In this document: positions 59,007 through 64,000 of the stretch, in pieces
Layout: every line of letters starts with the position of its first letter
Numbering within the stretch: position 1 is the stretch's first letter
From: an uncultured virus (IMG/VR IMGVR_UViG_2061766007_000285)
Lineage: Duplodnaviria > Heunggongvirae > Uroviricota > Caudoviricetes
Virus record (IMG/VR): IMGVR_UViG_2061766007_000285
DNA: 64,000 nt
Strand: one strand, 5' to 3'
Translations under genes and position numbers: made by a program
Notes under the pieces: model-generated
The model's database searches: none
What the model was told of the DNA's origin: nothing
What the model saw: the letters and a program-made list of their open reading frames with translations, nothing else

Positions 59007-59294
59007 AAAGTAGTCGTTGGTGTCGGCGGTGCCTGAAGCGATGTTTTCCTCACGGTCNNNNNNNNNNAACACATCGAAGTGGTACACGGCACCCTCCTTG
59101 TCATCCTTGAGGTAATAGCCCCATGCGAAGGCAATCAGGTTCTCGTATTGGTCAAACATGGTGTAAATCTCATCGCCCTTGCTACGGGCAAGCACACGGA
59201 TTTGGCAGGCCGAAGACCCGTCCTCATCCTGATAGCACCTGAACAGCATGGCCGATTCCGTCTCTGCACCGGCCAGCCGCTTGCATTGGCGAAT
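59007..59294 (-). CDS. Portal internal fragments (allelic duplicate)
   Basis: Near-identical to parts of 151-563. Confidence 0.7.
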
Positions 59295-59305
59295 NNNNNN
59301 NNNNG

Positions 59306-59565
59306 CCCTCGGCAAAGGCGGGGAAACTGCGGGAAATGATTTCGGACTTGCCGTGTTGGGGAGGCACGAAAACCATCAGGTTCTTAATCTTGCCCTCCAG
59401 CAACATCTGACAATGTTCCGCAATTACGCGGTGAAACCACTCAAGCTGGTACTTGGGATTGCTGTAGCCGAGAAAGCACGAAAAAGAGGTTGAAGCATTC
59501 AGCTTCAACTTCGCCTGCATCAATTTCATCAGCTTTTTCCGTCTTTCGGCTTCGGTCATCCTCAT
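59306..59565 (-). CDS. Terminase large subunit N-terminal fragment (allele 2)
   Basis: PPQHGKS; near-duplicate of 62098-62357. Confidence 0.8.
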
Positions 59566-60071
59566 TCCTTTTTCTCCAGCTTTTCAAGTCGTTCAATCTC
59601 GGCGTTGATTTCATCCTCGGTCATGTCCTTTTCATCGGACGACTTCAAGGCAGCGGCGATGTTTTGGCGGTTTTGGTAGTGTTCGGGGTCAAGATTGGTA
59701 ATCAGGAATATTGCAGCCCCCACGTTAGGCTCGAATATCAGCCTTTTGCGCTTCATCTTGGTGATGATGGGCTTCGAATCGTCCTTTGGGTTGGGGCGGT
59801 ACTCCGTCTCCGTCACCTCCTTTTCGTAACCCATCGCGGCCATCGCAAGCGTTTCGTGGAGGTTGTGGGTCAGGGTCTTCTTATAGTCGTCCTTCGCCCG
59901 CTCGATGGCGGTCTTGAACTCATCCTTTTCAATCATCCAGCGGCGATAGGTCTTGTCGTCAATCCCCAGCACCTTGATGAAGTCCTGAAGCTGGCCACCG
60001 CCATAGTCGATAAGGCCGTGTTGCCTCACCCAATCCTCGGCCACCTTGACCAATGCAAGTGAGTATTTCAT
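59562..60071 (-). CDS. Terminase small subunit (allele 2)
   Basis: HTH and PNVGAAIFLITN; upstream of terL. Confidence 0.8.
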   Translation of the reverse strand: MKYSLALVKVAEDWVRQHGLIDYGGGQLQDFIKVLGIDDKTYRRWMIEKDEFKTAIERAKDDYKKTLTHNLHETLAMAAMGYEKEVTETEYRPNPKDDSKPIITKMKRKRLIFEPNVGAAIFLITNLDPEHYQNRQNIAAALKSSDEKDMTEDEINAEIERLEKLEKKE

Positions 60072-60502
60072 GTCTGCAAATCAATTAGTTTATAGAACTC
60101 ATCGCGACACTCCTTATCGGTCTTGAAAAGGCCTTCAAGGTGTGCCACGGTCATGTTTCCGTCATTGCGCACCCCCCGCATCGTCTTGCAGAGGTGTTTT
60201 CCCTTCATCACCAAGGCCATCCCCAGCACCTTGCCGTCAAGGGCATCGGTCAGCATGGCCACGATGTCAGCGGCCAGCCGTTCCTGAAGCTGGAGCCTTG
60301 CGGCGCAGTACCCAACGACACGGGCAACCTTGGAAATGCCCAAAATGCGCCCGTCAGGGGCTGGGATGTAGGCGAAGTAGTACTTGCCGAAGAAGGGGAG
60401 GATATGATGCTCGCACATCGAATAATAGTCCCCAGCATCGAAAACGATGTCAGTCATCCCGTCCTCGTTGGCGAAGGTGGTAATCTTGGGCTTTTGGCTC
60501 GG
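60068..60502 (-). CDS. folE: GTP cyclohydrolase I, partial (allele 2)
   Basis: SMCEHHILPFFG, GISKVAR, RLQLQERL, HLCKTMRGV. Confidence 0.92.
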   Translation of the reverse strand, partial: PSQKPKITTFANEDGMTDIVFDAGDYYSMCEHHILPFFGKYYFAYIPAPDGRILGISKVARVVGYCAARLQLQERLAADIVAMLTDALDGKVLGMALVMKGKHLCKTMRGVRNDGNMTVAHLEGLFKTDKECRDEFYKLIDLQT

Positions 60503-60512
60503 NNNNNNNNNN

Positions 60513-60872
60513 AAGGTAAGCCTTGAAGGCATCATCCGTCCCCTCCGAGAGCTGCGTCCATTTCACGGGTCGCCCGTAAATGAATACCAGCGCAATCTCG
60601 TTGATGTAAACGGGATAGGGGATGGGCAGTTTCCAAGTGGGTTCAAACTTGACGAAATTCCCCTTTTTGTCGGTGATGGTTTTGTCAGGCCGCTTGGTGA
60701 TTTTATGCTCGGAGGTGGTGTATTCCTTCAAAGCATCAATCACTTCGTTCACCCTTGAAGTCATTTTCTCCTTGACCGCCGTGATGTCCTTTGCGGCCAA
60801 AAGTTTCTCGAACTCCTGATTTCTGCCAATCAGGGCGTTCAGGTAATTGCGGAATAATTCAAATAATGGCAT
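60513..60872 (-). CDS. Portal protein N-terminal fragment
   Basis: Follows terL; overlaps window start sequence. Confidence 0.8.
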
Positions 60873-60884
60873 AGTATTAAGTTT

Positions 60885-62357
60885 TTAGATTACATTGATA
60901 TTGTCGTAGTCTATATCGTCATCATCCTCGTAGAGGTCGTTTATGGCGTACCCGAGAATGTCCACAAATTCGTCATGCTCCAAGGCTGGGAAACCGCACA
61001 CCTCATCCAAGAAGTCATCATTCCACGACCCTTCGACCAACACCACACGGCCGCACTCGATACGGGGCGAAACCACCTTCAAACGGGTTTCCTTGCTGTC
61101 GGTCGGCGGCTCGGTTTCCTTCACATTCAAGGTCGAAATGGCCTTCAACATCTGCACCACGCTCTTGCCGTTGGCCTTCGGCTCCACGTGGAGCTTGCTC
61201 TCATCATTGCCGTTTTGCGCCCTGATATATTCAGGGAGGAATCGCAATAGGTCAGGCATTTCCTTGTAAACCTTCATCGCATGGGTGATGTAAACCAGCG
61301 TCCCGATACGGCAAGCCGCAAGGATGCCCGATGGGTCGTTGTCGGTCTTCACCTTCTTTTCCTCATAGGCCGTGTCAAGGTAGAAGTGAATCGGCTCGTT
61401 GAACCGCAACGCCTTGAAGTCGGCGGGCGTTATCCTTCCGAACCAATCACGCTTCACGATGTTGCCGCCCTCAATCACGGGACGCTGCTGGTACAATGCC
61501 GAGAACTCACGCGGGGAACGGTTCTTTTGTTTCTCCAACTTCGCCAGCGAGTGACGGTCAGGCCAAAGCGCATCCCCAACGTGGCGATGGCTCATTCCCC
61601 CGTCATTTTCCTTTTCGCAAATGGCGGGAATCGAAAGCACCGTCCACTCGTCAGGCTCCGTCTTCAATATGCGCCCAGCCAGGTCATCCTCATGCCAGCG
61701 GGTCATAATGAAGAGTTGCTTGGAATTGTTGTGCAAACGGGTGGTCAGTACGGTGTTGTACCAATTCCACACCCGTTCACGGTACACGGGCGAATAAGCC
61801 TCAGTCGCATCCTTCACGGGGTCGTCAATGATGGCAATGTCCACGGGCGTACCCGTCAATGGCCCGCCCACACCAACAGCCTTGTAGAATCCCGAATGCC
61901 CCACCAACTCGAAGAAGTCCAAGTTCTTTATGTAGGTCGTTGGGTCATCCTTGGCCTTGCGGCTCGATGCAAGGTAGGTGTCAGGGAAGATGTCCTGATA
62001 TTTGGGGCTTTCGATAATCCTCTGCACGCTCCGGCTGAACTGCTCCGAAAGGTCGCTGGCATACGAACAAGCGGCAATCTTCAAGTCAGGGTCGTAACCC
62101 TCGGCAAAGGCGGGGAAACTGCGGGAAATGATTTCGGACTTGCCATGTTGGGGAGGCATGAATACCATCAAATTCTTGATTTTGCCCTCCAACAGCTTTT
62201 GGCAAGCCTCCGCAATTACACGGTGGAACCATTCAAGCTGGTACTTGGGATTCATGTAACCGAGAAAGCACGGGAAATCGGTTGGAGCATTCAGCTTCAA
62301 CTTGGCCTGCTTCAACTTCATCAGCTTTTTCCGTCTCTCGGCTTCGGTCATCCTCAT
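60885..62357 (-). CDS. terL: Terminase large subunit
   Basis: PPQHGKS, IIDDPVKD, MTRWHEDDL, YQQRP, LDTA, HDEFVD. Confidence 0.95.
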   Translation of the reverse strand: MRMTEAERRKKLMKLKQAKLKLNAPTDFPCFLGYMNPKYQLEWFHRVIAEACQKLLEGKIKNLMVFMPPQHGKSEIISRSFPAFAEGYDPDLKIAACSYASDLSEQFSRSVQRIIESPKYQDIFPDTYLASSRKAKDDPTTYIKNLDFFELVGHSGFYKAVGVGGPLTGTPVDIAIIDDPVKDATEAYSPVYRERVWNWYNTVLTTRLHNNSKQLFIMTRWHEDDLAGRILKTEPDEWTVLSIPAICEKENDGGMSHRHVGDALWPDRHSLAKLEKQKNRSPREFSALYQQRPVIEGGNIVKRDWFGRITPADFKALRFNEPIHFYLDTAYEEKKVKTDNDPSGILAACRIGTLVYITHAMKVYKEMPDLLRFLPEYIRAQNGNDESKLHVEPKANGKSVVQMLKAISTLNVKETEPPTDSKETRLKVVSPRIECGRVVLVEGSWNDDFLDEVCGFPALEHDEFVDILGYAINDLYEDDDDIDYDNINVI

Positions 62358-62863
62358 TCCTTTTTCTCCAGCTTTTCAAGGCGTTCAATTTCGGCGTTGA
62401 TTTCGTCCTCGGTCATTTCCCTCTCATCGGACGACTTCAAGGCAGCGGCGATGTTTTGGCGGTTTTGGTAGTGTTCGGGGTCGAGGTTGGTAATCAGGAA
62501 TATCGCCGCGCCCACGTTAGGCTCGAATATCAGCCTCTTGCGCTTCATCTTGGTGATGATGGGCTTGCTGTCATCCTTTGGGTTGGGGCGGTACTCTGTT
62601 TCCGTGACCTCCTTTTCGTAGCCTTTTGCGGCCATCGCCAGCGTTTCGTGAAGGTCGTGGGTCAGGGTCTTTTTGTAGTCATCCTTCGCCCGCTCGATTG
62701 CGGTCTTGAACTCCTCCTTTTCAATCATCCATCGGCGGTATGTCTTATCGTCAATCCCCAGCACCTTGATAAAGTCCTGAAGCTGACCACCGCCGTAGTC
62801 GATGAGGCCGTGTTGCCTCACCCAATCCTCGGCCGTCTTGACCAATGCAAGTGAGTATTTCAT
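62354..62863 (-). CDS. terS: Terminase small subunit
   Basis: Directly upstream of terL; HTH. Confidence 0.8.
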   Translation of the reverse strand: MKYSLALVKTAEDWVRQHGLIDYGGGQLQDFIKVLGIDDKTYRRWMIEKEEFKTAIERAKDDYKKTLTHDLHETLAMAAKGYEKEVTETEYRPNPKDDSKPIITKMKRKRLIFEPNVGAAIFLITNLDPEHYQNRQNIAAALKSSDEREMTEDEINAEIERLEKLEKKE

Positions 62864-63294
62864 TGCTGCATATCAATTAGTTTGTAGAACTCATCGCGGC
62901 ACTCCTTATCGGTCTTGAAAAGGCCTTCAAGGTGCGCCACGGTCATATTTCCATCGTTGCGGACACCCCGCATCGTCTTGCAGAGGTGTTTGCCCTTCAT
63001 CACCAAGGCCATCCCCAGCACCTTGCCGTCAAGGGCTTGGGTCAGCATTTCCACGATGTCGGCGGCAAGCCGTTCCTGAAGCTGCAGTCGGGCGGCGCAA
63101 TAGGTCACGACACGGGCGACCTTGGAAATGCCCAAAATGCGGCCGTCAGGGGCAGGGATGTAGGCGAAGTAATACTTTCCGAAGAAGGGGAGGATATGAT
63201 GCTCACACATCGAATAATAGTCCCCTGAATCGAAGACTATATCCGTCATCCCGTCCTCGTTGGCGAAGGTGGTAATCTTGGGCTTTTGGCTCGG
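62860..63294 (-). CDS. folE: GTP cyclohydrolase I, partial
   Basis: CEHH, GISK, LQERL, HLC..MRGV motifs. Confidence 0.92.
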   Translation of the reverse strand, partial: PSQKPKITTFANEDGMTDIVFDSGDYYSMCEHHILPFFGKYYFAYIPAPDGRILGISKVARVVTYCAARLQLQERLAADIVEMLTQALDGKVLGMALVMKGKHLCKTMRGVRNDGNMTVAHLEGLFKTDKECRDEFYKLIDMQQ

Positions 63295-63365
63295 NNNNNN
63301 NNNNNNNNNNNNNNNNNNNNNNNNNNNNNNNNNNNNNNNNNNNNNNNNNNNNNNNNNNNNNNNNN

Positions 63366-63618
63366 TCTCGGAAACAAGCACCGCCATGTTTTCGTGGTGA
63401 GGTGCCATTTTGAGGTTTCCCACAACGAGCGGGAAATCGAGATTATCGACCGCCAGCGCGAGATAGCCGAGAGGGTTGCAAGGCAGTTCGGAAGCCCAGC
63501 GGACTTCGGCGGCTTTTCGTGCGAGGACATCGCCGAGTGGCTGATGGTCGAGTTTGAGGATATGGTGTATTGCAAAGTCTTGGAGGATGGCTATGGAGGT
63601 GCTGCATTGTCCCGATAA
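63366..63618 (+). CDS. QueD-like (6-pyruvoyl/6-carboxy-tetrahydropterin synthase-like) protein, C-terminal part
   Basis: HRHVF, REIEI, SCEDIA, VLEDG motifs; folE and dpdA-like context. Confidence 0.65.
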
Positions 63619-64000
63619 CATCAAAATCCACTATGCGGGAGCGGAGGTTCAGAACCAATTCGTTGCCGTGCGTGAGTTGGGCGTGAATTACGCCCTTTAT
63701 ACGGCTTTTCCCTTTGTGGAAAGAATGTTGTTCGGAAGCAAGGCCAAAAGCCCCATCATGGCCTTGAAAACGATGTCAGACCCGAAAATCGACATCCCCC
63801 GTGCCTGCACCTCGACCATGAAGCATTGCATTCAGGATTCGGGGCTGTTCACCCTGATGTTCGGGTCGCAGTCGGGAAACCATGATGAGGACACCATCAA
63901 CCGCTGGTATGACGCGCTTTGCGAGTTCACCATTAACCACGGGAGCGGTGCCACCTGCGTTGAGGTGGACTGCCAAAAGGTTCTCGGGGTTCAGAAGGCG
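63593..64000 (+). CDS. DpdA/TGT-like transglycosylase, N-terminal part (runs off window; not in ORF track)
   Basis: Read by hand: MEVLHCPDNIKIHYAG...IQDSGLFTLMFG...CVEVDCQK; DSGxF is the TGT-family catalytic motif. Confidence 0.65.
   Translation, partial: MEVLHCPDNIKIHYAGAEVQNQFVAVRELGVNYALYTAFPFVERMLFGSKAKSPIMALKTMSDPKIDIPRACTSTMKHCIQDSGLFTLMFGSQSGNHDEDTINRWYDALCEFTINHGSGATCVEVDCQKVLGVQKA

Larger units (their letters stand above)
1..64000. mobile_element. Temperate siphovirus-like phage genome (Bacteroidales host), near complete, gapped mixed-strain scaffold
   Basis: Terminase, portal, MuF, capsid, tail, tape measure, lysis, integrase, CI/Cro, RecT and replication genes; no host housekeeping genes; portal fragments at both ends suggest circular permutation. 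Confidence 0.93.

Noticed and set aside
57987..59315. 442-aa ORF in the track as one gene
   Set aside because: It is a read-through across N gaps joining portal fragments and a MuF C-terminal variant
57093..63294. Apparent large inversion of the packaging module
   Set aside because: Both ends are N gaps, it splits the queD-like gene, and no inverted repeats or invertase are visible; best explained as scaffolding error
59306..63294. Tandem duplication of folE-terS-terL
   Set aside because: Copies are near-identical, gap-bounded and truncated, consistent with alleles from co-assembled strains
1..64000. Alternative genetic code or a third DGR target
   Set aside because: Long genes are intact under code 11; no other GRS...GSRL-type VR was seen in the ORF track, though gaps or sequence outside the window could hide one

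Overview
Near-complete (~60 kb) temperate long-tailed phage of a Bacteroidales-type host, judged from TAnnTTTG -7 promoter boxes and A-rich start regions. It is assembled as a gapped, probably mixed-strain scaffold: many 10-N gaps are flanked by near-duplicate alleles, and the 57093-63294 block looks inverted or misplaced. Modules are portal/MuF, antirepressor operon, HicAB-like TA, head and tail genes with a tRNA(CAU), lysis, integrase with a likely attP, CI/Cro switch, RecT/SMC recombination, replication, two DNA methyltransferases, an OmpA moron, a 7-deazaguanine DNA-modification cluster (queD-like, dpdA-like, folE) and terminase. The main result is a diversity-generating retroelement (TR 27870-27986, RT 28204-29550, no visible avd) with two targets. 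One is the C-terminus of a 2133-aa tail protein (VR1 27621-27737). The other, 15 kb away, is a small early protein in the replication module (VR2 43079-43194). Every TR/VR mismatch falls at a TR adenine. Also notable are a MuF protein with two alternative toxin-like C-termini joined at the same 38-nt junction, and an antisense tRNA-like transcription unit directly behind one of them. All product calls come from motif recognition by eye; no database searches were run.
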